A stretch of DNA of 53,590 bases from Prorocentrum cordatum (GCA_963575745.1 CAUYUJ010000308.1:62001-115590); one strand, 5' to 3'; shown: positions 25,511-39,938, counted from the first letter of the stretch. Notes: generated from the letters alone by a model not told the origin. Numbers and translations: made by a program.

Positions 25511-28500
25511 CGGTACCCACAATGCGGTACTCGCAGCTTCATATGGTTGGGTCTTTCGTCAGGCTAATTTTCAACTTGGGGCGTCATCCGCTCAGAGGAC
25601 AGCTCACGTCCACTGCACGACTTGGGCGCCACCTGCTGGGGTGGCGTACGAATGTCCGTCGCGGTGGGAGTGCGGGCGGGGAGGGGCTGGGCAGGCGGAA
25701 GGGAGGAGGAGGAGCCATACCCGCGGTGAGCCAGCTTTTCCGAAGGCACCGCACCGCACCGTCAAGCTTCATTCCGCCTTGTCCAACCGACCAGGGGGTG
25801 GGGTTGACGAGATCATATTAGAAGTGCCGCGGTGCCAGCATGTGCGCTCCCCCATTGCCGCAAGGCCCATTGCCCGCCTGCCTTTGCAGCTGCTCCCTTG
25901 ATGCGCTTCCAGAGTGGTCTCGGAGTCATTGCCGTTGTCATGACCGAACGCCAGTGACGAGTCCCATTCCTATTGGTTCAACCGAGCAAAGGATGAGGAT
26001 GACAAGTTTCAGCCTTGGCCGAGGCGTCAATGTGTGGACACATGCCCTCACCTCTGATTGCCCCCTCCCCAGTGTCCCATGCTTTTGCATCTGCTGCCTG
26101 TACCTCCTTGCAGATCACTCGTGGAACCATGGCTGTGTTCGGGCGTTCTTATTGTTCTGGTATCATTCGTTCCTGTCGGGGCAACCGAGATGAGGGTGAG
26201 GATTGGCCAGGGTACTGTTCTGCGTGCGCTGGCCATCGCCACGTTTTCGGGACGCCTGGATCGTGGTCAATTGGGTGCTGGCCAGGTGGGCCTTGTTCTG
26301 GATCCATCTCGTTCCGAAGCCCTCCTCCTCCATCTCCGCTCCAGTGCCAACCTGGGAGGCCGCTCTGGGGTGCGCCTGGATTGCGGACGCGCCGTTTTAA
26401 CGGCCGGCAGCTTCTTCCATGAGGCGTCGGCTATCCAACCGCGCTACAGCCAGGCCAATGTCTGGCATGAAGCGCCCCGCGTTGTTTTTTTCAACTTGGG
26501 GCGTCATCCGCTCAGAGGACAGCTCGCGTCCACTGCACGACTTTGGCGCCCCCTGCTGGGGTGGCGTGCGAATGACCTTTCCGGTGGGAGTGCGGGCGGG
26601 GAGGGGCCGGGCAGGCGGAAGGGAGGAGGAGCCATTCCCGCGGTGAGCCTGTTTTTCCGAAGGCACCGCACCGTCAAGCTTCATTCCACTTTGTCCAACC
26701 GACCAGGGGGTGGGGTTGACGAGATCATATTAGAAGTGCCGTTGTGCCAGCATGTGCGTTCCCCCATTGCCCACTTGCCTTTGCAGCTGCTGCCTTGACG
26801 TGCTTCCAGAGTGGTCTTGGAGACAGTGCCGTTGTCGACGAGCCAGCATCATGACTGAACGCCAGTGACGAGTCCCATTCCTATTGGTTCAACCGAGCAG
26901 AGGATGAGGATGACAAGTTTCAGCCTTGGCCGAGGCGTCAATGTGTGGACACATGCCATCTCCTCTGCTTGCCCCCTCCCCAGTGCCCCCCCGTGCTTCT
27001 GCATCTGCTGCCTGGACCGCCTTGCAGACCGCTCGTGGAATCATGGCCTTCATCGGGCGTGCCTTGTGTTGGTATCGTTCGTTCTTGTCGGTGCAACCGA
27101 GAAGAGGGTGAGGATGAAGTATTGCAGCCTTGCCCGAGGTCCTGTTCTGCGTGCGCTGGCCATCGCCACGTTTTCGGGACGCCTGGATCGAGGTGCGCCT
27201 GGATTGCGGACGCGCCGTTTTAACGGCCGGCAGCTTCTTCCATGAGGCGTCGGCTATCCAACCGCGCCACAGCCAGGCCAATGTCTGGCATGAAGCGCCC
27301 CGCGTTGTTTTTTTTCAACCTGGGGCGTCATCCGCTCAGAGGACAGCTCACGTCCACTGCACGACTTGGGCGCCCCCTGCTGGGGTGGCGTGCGAGTGAC
27401 CGTTTCGGTGGAAGTGCGGGCGGGGAGGGGCCGGGCAGGCGGAAGGGAGGAGGAGCCATAGCCGCGGTGAGCCAGCTTTTCCGAAGGCACCGCACCGCAC
27501 CGTCAAGCTTCATTCCGCCTGGTCCAACCGACCAGGGGGTGGGGTTGACGAGATCATATTCGAAGTGCCGTTGTGTCAGCATGTGCGCTCCCCCATTGCC
27601 CTCTTGCCTTTGAAGCTGCTGCCTTGTCATGCTTCCAGAGTGGTCTTGGAGACAGTGCCGTTGTCGACGAGCCAGCATCATGACCGAACGCCAATGACGA
27701 GTCCCACTCCTATTGGTTCAACCGAGCAGAGGGTGAGGATGACAAGTTTCAGCCTTGGCCGAGGCGTCATGGTGTGAACACATGCTATCTCCTCTGCTTG
27801 CCCCCTCCCCAGTGCCCCCCCGTGCTTCTGCATCTGCTGCCTGGACCGCCTTGCAGACCGCTCGTGGAACCATGGCCTTCATCGGGCGTGCTTTGTGTTG
27901 GTATCGTTCGTTCTTGTCGGCGCAACCGAGCCGAGGGTGAGGATGAAGTATTGAAGCCGTGGCCGAGGTCCTGTTCTGCGTGTGCTGGCCATCGCCACGT
28001 TTTCGAGACGCCTGGATCGTGATCAAATGGATGCTGGCCAGATGGGCCTTGTTCTGGATCCATCTCGTTCCGAAGTCCTCCTCCTCCATCTCCGCTCCAG
28101 TGCCAACCTGGGAGGCCGCTCTGGGGTGCGCCTGGATTGCGGCCGCGCCGTTTTAACGGCCGGCAGCTTCTTCCATGAGGCGTCGGCTATCCAACCGCGC
28201 TATAGCCAGGCCAATGTCCCCCGCGTTGTTTTTTTCAACCTGGGGCGTCATCCGCTCAGAGGACAGCTCACGTCCACTGCGCGACTTGGGCGCCCCCTGC
28301 TGGGGTGGCGTGCGAGTGACCGTTTCGGTTGGAGTGCGGGCGGGGAGGGGCCGGGCAGGCGGAAGGGAGAAGGAGCCATACCCGCGGTGAGCCAGCTTTT
28401 CCGAAGGCGCGGCACCGTCAAGCTTCATTCCGCCTGGTCCAACCGACCAGGGGTGTGGTTGACGAGACCATATTAGAAGTGCCGTTGTGTCAGCATGTGC

Positions 28501-30346
28501 GCTCCCCCATTGCCCACTTGCCTTTGCAGCTGCAGGCTGCTGCCTTGTCATGCTTCCAGAGTGGTCTTGGAGTCAGTGCCATTGTCGACGAGCCAGCATC
28601 ATGACCGAACGCCAATGACGAGTTCCACTCCTATTGGTTCAACCGAGCAGAGGGTGAGGATGACACGTTTCAGCCTTGGCCGAGGCGTCATGGTGTGAAC
28701 ACATGCTATCTCCTCTGCTTGCCCCCTCCCCAGTGCCCCCCCGTGCTTCTGCATCTGCTGCCTGGACCGCCTTGCAGACCGCTCGTGGAACCATGGCCTT
28801 CATCGGGCGTGCTTTGTGTTGGTATCGTTCGTTCTTGTTGGCGCAACCGAGCCGAGGGTGAGGATGAAGTATTGCAGCCGTGGCCGAGGTCCTGTTCTGC
28901 GTGTGCTGGCCATCGCCACGTTTTCGAGACGCCTGGATCGTCGTCAAATGGGTGCTGGCCAGATGGGCCTTGTTCTGGATCCATCTCGTTCCGAAGTCCT
29001 CCTCCTCCATCTCCGCTCTAGTGCCAACCTGGGAGGCCGCTCTGGGGTGCGCCTGGATTGCGGCCGCGCCGTTTTAACGGCCGGCAGCTTCTTCCATGAG
29101 GCGTCGGCTATCCAACCGCGCCATATTTTCTTGCCAATGTCTGGCATGAAGCGCCCCGTGCTGCTTTTTTTTCAACCTGGGGCGTCATCCGCTCAGAGGA
29201 CAGCTCACGTCCACTGCGCGACTTGGGCGCCCCCTGCTGGGGTGGCGTTCGAATGACCGTTTCGGTGGGAGTGCGGGCGGGGAGGGGCCGGGGCAGGCGG
29301 AAAGGAGGAGGAGCCATACCCGCGGTGAGCCAGCTTTTCCGAAGGCGCGGCACCGCCTTGTCCAACCGACCAGGGGCTGGGGTTGACGAGATCATATTAG
29401 AAGTGCCGTTGTGTCAGCATGTGCGCTCCCCTGCCCTCTTGCCTTTGCAGCTGCTGCCTTGTCATGCTTCCAGAGTGGTCTTGGAGTCAGGGCCGTTGTC
29501 GACGAGCCATCGTCATGACCGAACGCCAATGACGAGTCCCACTCCTATTGGTTCAGCCGAGCAGAGGGTGAGGAGGACAAGTTTCAGCCTTGGCCGAGGC
29601 GTCATGGTGTCAACACATGCCCTCACCTCTGATTGCCCCCTCCCCAGTGCCCCCCCGTGCATCTGCATCTGCTGCCTGGACCGCCTTGCAGACCGCTCGT
29701 GGAATCATGGCCTTCATCGGGCGTGCTTCGGGCTGGTATCATTCGTTCTCGTCGGCGCAACCGAGCCGAGGGTGAGGATGAAGTATTGCAGCCGTGGCCG
29801 AGGTCCTGCTCTGCGTGCGCTGGCCATCGCCACGTTCTCGAGACGCCTGGATCGTGGTCAAATGGGTGCTGGCCAGGTGGGCCTTGTTCTGGATCCATCT
29901 CGTTCCGAAGCCCTCCTCCTCCATCTCCGCTCCAGTGCCAACCTGGGAGGCCGCTCTGGGGTGCGCCTGGATTGCGGCCGCGCCGTTTTAACGGCCGGCG
30001 GCTTCTTTCATGAGGCGTCGGCTATCCAACCGCGCCATAGCCAGGCCAATGTCTGGCATGAAGCGCCCCTGTGTTGCTTTTTTCAACCTGGGGCGTCATC
30101 CGCTCAGAGGACAGCTCGCGTACACTGCACGACTTGGACGCCCCCTGCTGGGGTGGCGTGCGAATGTCCGTCTCGGTGGTAGAGCGGGCGGGAAGGGGCC
30201 AGGCATACAGGAGGGAGGGGGTGCTGTACCCGTGCTGAGCCAGCTTTTCCGAATTTTCGGCAGCGTCGAGCTTTATTCCGCCTTGTCCAACCGAGCAGGG
30301 GGTGTGGTTGACGATTTCTGAAGCGCCGCTGTGTCAGCATGTGCGC

Positions 30347-30833
30347 CACACGGTTCGTGGCCCCATAGGGAGCTCCACCGAAGGCCCCAGTGGCTGCGTC
30401 CTCATGCGTCACCGCCACCCATTACGGCACCCCCCTCACACGGTTCGTGGCCCCATAGGGAGCTCCACCGAAGGCCCCAGTAGCTGCGTCCTCATGCATG
30501 CGTCACCGCCACCCATTATGGCACACCCCTCACACGGTTCGTGGCCCCATAGGGAGCTCCACCGAAGGCCCCAGTGGTTGCGTCTTCATGCGTCACCGCC
30601 ACCCATTACGGCACACACCTCACACGGTTCGTGGCCCCATCGGGAGCTCCACCAAAGGCCCCAGTGGTTGCGTCTTCATGCGTCACCGCCACCCATTACG
30701 GCACACAACTCACACATTTCGTGGCCCCAGAGGATGTTCCACCGAAGACTCCAGTGGGAGGGCTCGCATGTCACCACCACGCCCTCCGGCACGCTCTTCA
30801 CTGTGCGTGGCCCCACAAGGAGCTCCACCGAAA
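30347..30833. repeat. 90-bp minisatellite block (~5 units), duplicate of 21984-22443
   Basis: Shares diagnostic variants (catgcatgcg, cacaactcacacatttcg) with the 22-kb block. Confidence 0.92.
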
Positions 30834-32551
30834 GCGGTACCCACAATGCGGTACTCGCAGTTTTATATGGTTGGGTCTTTCGTTAGGCTAATTTTCAACC
30901 TGGGGCGTCATCCACTCAGAGGACAGCTCACGTCCACTGCACGACTTGGGCGCCCCCTGCTGGGGTGGCGTGCGAATGTCCGTCGCAGTGGGAGAGCGGG
31001 CGGGGAGGGGCCAGACAGACAGTAGGGAGGGGGAACCATATCCACTTTCAGCCAGCTTTTCCGAAGGCACCGCACCGTCAAGCTTCATTCCGCCTTGTCC
31101 AACCGACCAGGGGGTGGGGTTAACGAGATCATATTAGAAGTGCCGCGGTGCCAGCATGTGCGCTCCCCCATTGCCCGCCTGCCTTTGCAGCTGCTCCCTT
31201 GATGCGCTTCCAGGGTGGTCTCGGAGTCATTGCCGTTGTCGACGAGCCGGCATTACGACTGAACGCCAGTGACGAGTCCCATTCCTATTGGTTCAACCGA
31301 TCAGAGGGTGAGGAGGACAAGTTTCAGCCTTGGCCGAGGCGTCATGGTGTCAACACATGCCCTCACCTCTGATTGCCCCCTCCCCAGTGCCCCATCTGCT
31401 GCCTGGACCGCCTTGTAGACCGCTTGTGGAATCATGGCTTTCATCGGGCGTGCTTCGTGGTGGTATCATTCGTTCTCGTCGGCGCAACCGAGCCGAGGGT
31501 GAGGATGAAGTATTGCAGCCGTGGCCGAGGTCCTGCTCTGCGTGCGCTGGCTATCGCCACGTTCTCGAGACGCCTGGATCGTGGTCAAATGGGTGCTGGC
31601 CAGGTGGGCCTTGTTCTGGATCCATCTCGTTCCGAAGCCCTCCTCCTCCATCTCCGCTCCAGTGCCAACCTGGGAGGCCGCTCTGGGGCGCGCCTGGATT
31701 GCGGACGCGTCGTTTTAACGGCCGGCAGCTTCTTCCATGAGGCGTCGGCTATCCAACCGCGCCATAGCCAGGCCAATGTCTGGCATGAAGCGCCTCGTGC
31801 TGCTTTTTTTCAACCTGGGGCGTCATCCGCTCAGAGAACAGCTCACGTCCACTGCACGACTTGGGCGCCCCCTGCTGGGGTGGTGTGCGAATGACCGTCG
31901 CGGTGGGAGTGCGGGCGGGGAGGGGCCAGGCAGGCAGAAGGGAGGAGGAGCCATACCCGCGGTGAGCCAGCTTTGCCGAATTTTCGGCAGCGTCGAGCTT
32001 TATTCCGCCTTGTCCAAGCGAGCAGGGGGTGTGGTTGACGATTTCTGAAGCGCCGCTGTGTCAGCATGTGCGCTCCCCCATTGCGCCATTGCCACCGCCC
32101 TCATGACAGCATCTCCCCATTTCGGCACAGCCTTCACACGCTTCTTGGCCCCATACGGACGTCCCCTCCCTTCGTCCTGCCTGCCTTTCGGTATTCGCGC
32201 CTGCATATGGCCGGGTCCGTCGCCAGGATAAGTTTTGATCCATCATCTCTTTCCGAAGGTCTCCTCTTCCATACCCGCTCCAGTGCCAACCTGGAAGGCT
32301 TCAGGGTACACATGGATTGCGGACACGCCGTCTTAATGGCCAGCAGCTTCTTCTATGAGGCGTCGGCTATCCAACCGCGCCACATCCAGGCCAATGTCTG
32401 GCATGAAGCGCCCCGTGTTGCTTTTTTTTCAACCAGCCTGTGTTGTTGGGTCATCGTTTTGAAGAGACAGCGCCCGCGACCTCCCGCTGCCCCCTCCCTC
32501 TCCCCATCATCAGCATCCCCATCATCAGGATCACCGTCACCATCATTGTCG

Positions 32552-32552
<1 letters not shown>

Positions 32553-32606
<54 letters not shown>

Positions 32607-32625
32607 GATCATCATCATCATCATT

Positions 32626-32659
<34 letters not shown>

Positions 32660-33850
32660 GTTCGGCACACCCCTCACACCGTTCGTGGCCCCACAGGGAG
32701 CTCCACCGAAGGCCCCAATGGCTGCGTCCTCATGCGTCACCGCCACCCATTACCGCACACCCCCCACAGGGTTCGTGGCCCCATAGGGAGCTCCACCGAA
32801 GGCCCCAGTGGCTGCGTCTTCATGCGTCACCGCCACCCATTACGGCACACCCCTCACACGGCTCGTGGCCCCATAGGGAGCTCCACCGAAGGCCCCAGTG
32901 GTTGCGTCCTCATGCGTCACCGCCACCCATTACGGCACACCCCTCACGCGGTTCGTGGCCCAATAGGGAGCTCCACCGAATTCATGCGTCACCGCGGCAC
33001 ACCCCTCACACGGTTCGTGGCCCCATAGGGAGTCCACCGAAGGCCCCAGTGGCTGCGTCCTCATGCGTCACCGCCACCCATTACGGCACACCCCTCACAC
33101 GGTTCGTGGCCCCATAGGGAGCTCCACCGAAGGCCCCAGTGGCTGCGTCCTCATGCGTCACCGCCACCCATTACGGCACACCCCTCACGCGGTTCGTGGC
33201 CCCATAGGGAGCTCCACCGAAGGCCCCAGTGGCTGCGTCCTCATGCGTCACCGCCACCCATACGGCACACCCCTCACACGGTTCGTGGCCCCATAGGGAG
33301 TCCACCGAAGGCCCCAGTGGGCTGCGTCCTCATGCGTCACCGCCACCCATTACGGCACACCCCTCACACGGTTCGTGGCCCATAGGGAGCTCCACCGAAG
33401 GCCCCAGTGGTTGCGTCGTCATGCGTCACCGCCACCCATTACGGCACACCCCTCACACGGCTCGTGGCCCCATAGGGAGGTCCACCGAAGGCCCCAGTGG
33501 CCGCGTCCTCATGCGTCACCGCCACCCATTACGGCACACCCCTCACACGGTTCGTGGCCCCATAGGGAGCTCCACCGAAGGCCCCAGAGGCTGCGTCCTC
33601 ATGCGTCACCGCCACCCATTACGGCACACCCCTCACGCGGTTCGTGGCCCTACAGGGAGTTCCACCGAAGGCCCCAGTGGCTGCGTCCTCAGAGCGTCAC
33701 CGCCACCCACTACGGCACACCCCTCACACGGTTCGTGGCCCCAGAGGATGTTCCACCGAAGGCTCCAGTGGGAGGGTTCGCATGTCACCACCGCGCCCAA
33801 TCCGGCACGCCCCTCACTGTGCGTGGCCCCATAAGGAGCTCCACCGAAAG
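32553..33850. repeat. (CAT)n plus 90-bp minisatellite block (~13 units)
   Basis: Same unit; parallels 24173-25510. Confidence 0.95.
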
Positions 33851-36800
33851 CGGTACCCACAATGCGGTACTCGCAGCTTCATATGGTTGGGTCTTTCGTC
33901 AGGCTAATTTTCAACTTAGGGCGTCATCCGCTCAGAGGACAGCTCACGTCCACTGCACGACTTGGGCGCCACCTGCTGGGGTGGCGTGCGAATGTCCGTC
34001 GCGGTGGGAGTGCGGGCGGGGAGGGGCCAGGCAGGCGGAAGGGAGGAGGAGCCATACCCGCGGTGAGCCAGCTTTTCCGAAGGCACCGCACCGCACCGTC
34101 AAGCTTCACTCCGCCTTGTCCAAGCGAGCAGGGGGTGGGGTTGACGAGATCATATTAGAAGTGCCGCTGTGTCAGCATGTGCAGTCCCCCATTGCCGCAA
34201 GGCCCATTGCCCGCCTGCCTTTGCAGCTGCTCCCTTGATGCGCTTCCAGAGAGGTCTCGGAGTCATTGCCGTTGTCATGACCGAACGCCAGTGACGAGTC
34301 CCATTCCTATTGGTTCAACCGAGCAAAGGATGAGGATGACAAGTTTCAGCCTTGGCCGAGGCGTCAATGTGTGGACACATGCCCTCACCTCTGATTGCCC
34401 CCTCCCCAGTGCCCCATGCTTTTGCATCTGCTGCCTGTACCTCCTTGCAGATCACTCGTGGAACCATGGCTGTGGTCGGGCGTTCTTATTGTTCTGGTAT
34501 CATTCGTTCCTGTCGGGGCAACCGAGATGAGGGTGAGGATGAATCATTGCAGCATTGGCCAGGGTACTGTTCTGCGTGCGCTGGCCATCGCCACGTTTTC
34601 GGGACGCTTGGATCGTGGTCAAATGGGTGCTGACCAGGTGGGCCTTGTTCTGGATCCATCTCGTTCCCGAAGCCCTCCTCCTCCATCTCCGCTCCAGTGC
34701 CAACCTGGGAGGCCGCCCTGGGGTGCGCCTGGATTGGACGCGCCGTTTTAACGGCCGGCAGCTTCTTCCATGAGGCGTCGGCTATCCAACCGCGCCATAG
34801 CCAGGCCCATGTCTGGCATGAAGCGCCTCGTGTTGCTTTTTTTCAACCTGGGGCGTCATCCGCTCAGAGGACAGCTCACGTCCACTGCACGACTTGGGGG
34901 CCCCCTGCTGGGGTGGCGCGCGAATGTCCGTTTCGGTGGGAGTGCGTGCGGGGAGGGGCCGGGCAGGCGGAAGGGAGGGGGTGCTGTACCCGTGCTGAGC
35001 CAGCTTTTCCGAATTTTCGGCAGCGTCGAGCTTCATTCCGCCTGGTCCAACCGACCAGGGGGCTGGGTTGACATATTAGAAGTGCCGTTGTGTCAGCATG
35101 TGCGCTCTCCCATCGCTCACTTGCCTTTGCAGCTGCTGCCTTGACGTGCTTCCAGAGTGGTCTTGGAGTCAGTGCCGTTGCCGACGAGCCAGCATCATGA
35201 CCGAACGCCAATGACGAGTCCCATTCCTATTGGTTCAACCGAGCATAGGGTGAGGATGACAAGTTTCAGCCTTGGCCGAGGCGTCAATGTGTGGACACAT
35301 GCCCTCACATCTGACTGCCCCCTCCCCAGTGCCCCACCTGTGCTTGCTTCTGCATCTGCTGCCTGGACCTCCTTGCAGACCGCTCGTGGAATCATGGCCT
35401 TCATCGGGCGTGCTTCGTGCTGGTATCATTCGTTCTCGTCGGCGCAACCGAGCCGAGGGTGAGGATGAAGTTTTGGAGCCGTGGCCGAGGTCCTGTTCTG
35501 TGTGTGCTGGCCATCGCCACGTTTTCGGGACGCCTGGATCGTGGTCAAATGGGTGCTGGCCAGGCGGGCCTTGTTCTGGATCCATCTCGTTCCCGAAGCC
35601 CTCCTCCTCCATCTCCGCTCCAGTGCCAACCTGGGAGGCCGCTCTGGGGCGCGCCTGGAATGCGGACGCGCCGTTTTAACGGCCGGCAGCTTCTTCCATG
35701 AGGCGTCGGCTATCCAACCGCGCTATAGCCAGGCCAATGTCTGGCATGAAGCGCCCCTGTGTTGCTTTTTTTCAACCTGGGGCGTCATCCGCTCAGAGAA
35801 CAGACAGCTCGCGTCCACTGCACGACTTGGGCGCCCCCTGCTGGGGTGGCGTTCGAATGACCGTTTCGGTGGGAGTGCGGGCGGGGAGGGGCCAGGCATA
35901 CAGGAGGGAGGGGGTGCTGTACCCGTGCTGAGCCAGCTTTTCCGAATTTTCGGCAGCGTCGAGCTTCATTCCGCCTTGTCCAACCGAGCAGGGGGTGTGG
36001 CTGACGATTTCTGAAGCGCCGCTGTGTCAGCATGTGCGCTCCCCCATTGCGCCAGTGCCAGCGCCTTCATGACAGCATCTCCCCATTTCGGCACAGCCTT
36101 CACACGCTTCTTGGCTCCATATGGACTTCCCCTTCCTTCTTTCCTGCCTGCCTTTCGGTATTCGCGCCTGCATATGGTCGGGTCCGTCGCCAGGATAAGT
36201 TTTGATCCATCATCTCTTTCCGAAGGTCTCCTCCTCCATACCCGCTCCAGTGCCAACCTGGAAGGCTTCAGGGTACACATGGATTGCGGACGCGCCGTTT
36301 TAAAGGCCGGCAGCTTCTTCCATAGGCGTCGGCTATCCAACCGCGCCACAACCAGGCCAATGTCTGGCACGAAGCGTCCCGTGCTGTTTTTTTTCAACCT
36401 GGGGCGTCATCCGCTCAGAGGACAGCTCACGTCCACTGCACGACTTGGGCGCCCCCTGCTGGGGTGGCGTGCGAATGTCCGTTTCGGAGGGCCGGGGAGA
36501 CAGCAGGGAGGAGGAGCCATGTGCCCGCGCCGAGCCGGCGTCTCCGAAGACGCGGCACCGTCAATTTTCCTTCTGCCTGGTCCGACGAGATCAGATTAGA
36601 AGTGCCGCTCTGTCAGCATGTGTGCTATCCCATTGCCCGCCTGCCTTTGCAGCTGCTGCCTTGATGCGCTTCCAGGGTGGTCTCGGAGTCATTGCCGTTG
36701 TCGACGAGCCGGCATTACGACCGCACGCCAGTGACGAGTCCCATTCCTATTGGTTCAACCGAGCGTAGGGTGAGGAGGACAAGTTTCAGCCTTGGCCGAG

Positions 36801-37320
36801 GCGTCAATGTGTGGACACACGCCCTCTCCTCTGCTTGCCCCCTCCCCAGTGCCCCGTACTTCTGCATTTGCTGCCTGGGCTTCCTTGCAGACCACTCGTG
36901 GAACCATGGCCTTGGGTGTGCGTTCGAGACGCTTAGTTCGTGCTCAAGCGGGTGCTTGCTAGGCGGGTTTGAGGTGCGTCTTGTTCTGGATCCATCCTCT
37001 CGTTCCGCAGCCCTCCTCCATCTCTCCTCCAGTGCCAACCTGGGAGGCCCTGTGGTGCGCCTGGATTGCGGACGCGCCGTTTTAACGGCCGGCAGCTTCT
37101 TCCATGAGGCGTCGGCTATCCAACCGCGCCACAACCAGGCCCGTGTTGCTTTTCAGCCTGGGGCGTCATCCGCTCAGAGGACAGCTCACGTCCACTGCAC
37201 GACTTGGGAGCTCCCTGCTGGGGTGGCGTGCGAATGTCCGTCTCGGAGGGAGAGCGGGCGGGAAGGGGCTGGGCAGACGGCAGGGAGGCGCGGCTCCGCA
37301 GGCGCGGCAGCTTGGCATGC

Positions 37321-37393
37321 CTGGATGGTTGAGCTTCGAGGCCGCGATGGCCCAAGCCCGGCCCCGGCTCGTGCGGCTCCCTGCCCGCGCGCC
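37321..37393 (-). CDS. Candidate 73-nt exon GARAGSRTSRGRAWAIAASKLNHP(G)
   Basis: ttcAG|G acceptor and cAG|GC donor on the minus strand; the phase-1 donor matches the phase-1 acceptor at 6637. Confidence 0.25.
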
Positions 37394-37456
37394 CTGAATG
37401 GCCCCGCTGCTTGCGCGGCATGCCTTCGGGCTCGCAGGACCGCTGGAGGCCCAGGC

Positions 37457-37715
37457 TGATGGGCATCTTTTCCCCCACCACCACCATACGCAGGACGGGG
37501 GCGAAGGGGGGAGGAGGAGCTCCTCCTCCTCCTCCTCCTCCTCCTCCTCCTCCTCCTCCTCCTCGATCCTCCTCCTCGATCCTCCTCCTCCTCCTCCTCC
37601 TCCTCCTCCTCCTCCTCCTCGTCCTCCTCCTCCCCCTCCTGCTCCTTCTCCTCGATCCTCCTCATCCTTCTCCTCCTCCTGCCTGTGGCAGTGGTGGTGG
37701 AAAATGGGCCCATCC
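37457..37715. mobile_element. TGATGGGC...GCCCATCC TIR element with (TCC)n interior and 5-bp TSD CAGGC
   Basis: CAGGC at 37452-37456 and 37716-37720; 7/8 TIR; ccaccaccac/gtggtggtgg subterminal inverted motifs. Confidence 0.75.
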
Positions 37716-38166
37716 CAGGCGGTAGCGCACGGGCGCCCCCGGGCTGCCCGCGGCGGCGGCGCGGCGCCCGTGGCCTGGGCCGCCGCTGCGGTGCCGGGAG
37801 CCGGCCGCGGCGCCGCGCCAGCGAGGGGCCCAGCCGGCGGTCGCCCGAGGCCAGGCTCCGAGGCCCAGCCGACCTCCTCCTCCCTCCTCCCTCCTCCTCC
37901 TCCTCCTCTCCTCCTCCTCCTTTTCCTCTTCCTCCTCCTCCTCCTCCTGCTCCTGCTCCTCCTCCTCCTGCTCCTCCTCCTCCTCCTCCTCCTCCTCTAT
38001 CCTCCTCCTTCTCCTCGATCCTCGATCCTCCCCTCCTCCTCCTCCTCCTCCTCCTCCTCCTCCTCCTCCTCCTCCTCGATCCTCCTCCTCGATCCCTATG
38101 GAAGGGGTTCGGCCTGGGGGGTACCCTAGAAGAGGCGCGCGTCCTTACTATGCGCGTTGGCTGGAA

Positions 38167-38451
38167 GTCATTCTTTCGCTCCAGAGTGTAAGGTCCGTGC
38201 CGACCACCCCCCCAGGCCGAACCCCCTACATGGGGGGAACGACGAATGACAGAAAGATAACAACTCGGAGGTCCGGCGGATTTCTCGGATCGGCGCTTCG
38301 CGCGCCAGGGAGGGGGGTACAGCGCCGATCCGAGGAATCCGCGCGGACCTCCAAGTTCTTATATTTCTGTCATTCTTTGTTCCCCCGTGTAGGGGGTTCG
38401 GCCTGGGTGGGTCGTCGGCACGGACCTTGCATTCTGGGGGGAAAGAAGGAC
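38167..38451. mobile_element. ~285-bp fold-back (long inverted repeat) element
   Basis: Arms ~38167-38297 and ~38321-38451 are near-complementary (aggtccgtgccgac..cccaggccgaaccccctaca vs tgtagggggttcggcctggg..gtcggcacggacct); the inner arms and loop resemble 51975-52227. Confidence 0.85.
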
Positions 38452-39780
38452 ATACGGCCAGGCCGAGGTATCAGATCGCGGTCGGTTCGGAGAGGGTACC
38501 CGAATGTACTTCGTATTTGTTGTATGCTCTGGTGCGTTCTGGGGAAAGATACCCTGAAGGACGGTTTGTTTTGTCCTGGCGGAGGGTCTCGTGCTCTTAA
38601 AGAATGTTCTTCTCTCCCTGCTCCGAGTGTACACGCACACGAATCCACGTTGATTTCGAGAGCACGCATTGCGCTGCCGTTCGTATCACGCGGGTGGTCT
38701 CGCGGATTGGGGGGCCGTTTCCATGCACGTGGTTGGGCGCGTGCGTCCTCTGTGGGCTGCCTAACTACATGTTGCCCCGGGAAAGGCGCCGACACCGCGG
38801 GCGCCCAGGAGGCCAGGATCTGCCGATCTTGGGGTCGCAGGATCGCGCCGCGTCGCCGATGCGTCGGCGATGCGGCTCGACGTGGAGCCCGATGACGCCG
38901 GCGTCGCCGGTGCGTCGCCGCAGTTGGCGGTGCGTCGCCGACGTTGCGGCGGTGCATCGTCGATGCGTCCTCGGCCCCACCACATCTCCTTCCTCCCTTC
39001 TCCTCGCTCCTACCGCTTCCCGAGGAGGAGGAGGAGGAGGAGGAGGAGGAGGAGGAGGAGGAGGAGGAGGAGGAGGAGGAGGAGGAGGAGGGAGGAGGAG
39101 GAGAGAGGAGGGAGGGAGAGAGGTAGGAAGGGAGGAGCAGGAGGAGGAGGGGGAGGAGGAGGGAGGAGGGGAGGGAGGAGTGAGGCGAGGGAGGCCTCTG
39201 GCCGCGCCGGCGGCTGCCGGCGCCTCTTCCCGCGGCCACCATCCTCCTCCTCTTCCTCCTCCTTCTTCCCCCCCTCCAGCTCCTTCTCCTCCTTCTCTTC
39301 TTCCCTCCTCCTCCCCCCCCACCCTCCCCCCTCCCTCCTCCTTCTTCCCCCCTCCTCCTCCTCCTTTTCCTCCACCTCCTTCCCCCCTCCAGCTTATGGT
39401 GGTGGTGTTGGAAGACAAGCCCATCGTTTTCTGTGCCTCCAGCGCCCTCTCCCCGAGCCGTGGTGCCCTCCCGGCCCATCCCCGGGGTGGCGCGCCCCCG
39501 GGCGTGCCGTCGGCCGGCAGGCGAGCTTCTTCGGAGGAGCGGGCGGTGCAGCAATCGCCCACCCGTTCCTCGCCGAGCGCGTGCACTCAAGTCGGGCGAG
39601 GGAGGGGATCGGCCGAGGGGGGGCGCGCATCGACCCCCAAATCGCCCACTGATCGTCACCAGCGGGCCCGACAGCTCACCCCGCTCGGGAGCGTGGGGCC
39701 CTCCTAGGGGGCCCCGTCGCCGATCTGTCGGCGACGTGTCGCCGACTCCAGGCTGATGTCTTCCTCGCAGAGTGCCTACT

Positions 39781-39938
39781 CTCAAGTCGGGCGTGTCCCT
39801 CTACAGGAGGAATGCTCACAAGTAGTCAAAAAGCGACAGGGGATGATTTTTGTGGACCATTTTGTCAATGTTTTTTTTTTCTCCTATTTCTATTTTTTTG
39901 TCCAAAGTTCGCCTGTAGGAGGACATGCCCGACCTAAA
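39781..39938. mobile_element. 158-bp MITE with ~27-bp imperfect TIR and 6-bp TSD CCTACT
   Basis: TIRs 39781-39807 and 39912-39938 (21/27 complementary); CCTACT on both sides; empty paralogous sites at 49727 and 50086. Confidence 0.85.

Noticed and set aside
37290..37325. Minus-strand MPSCRACG as the missing first half of the MYND finger
   Set aside because: It is on the wrong strand and in the wrong position relative to the + strand exon at 5264.
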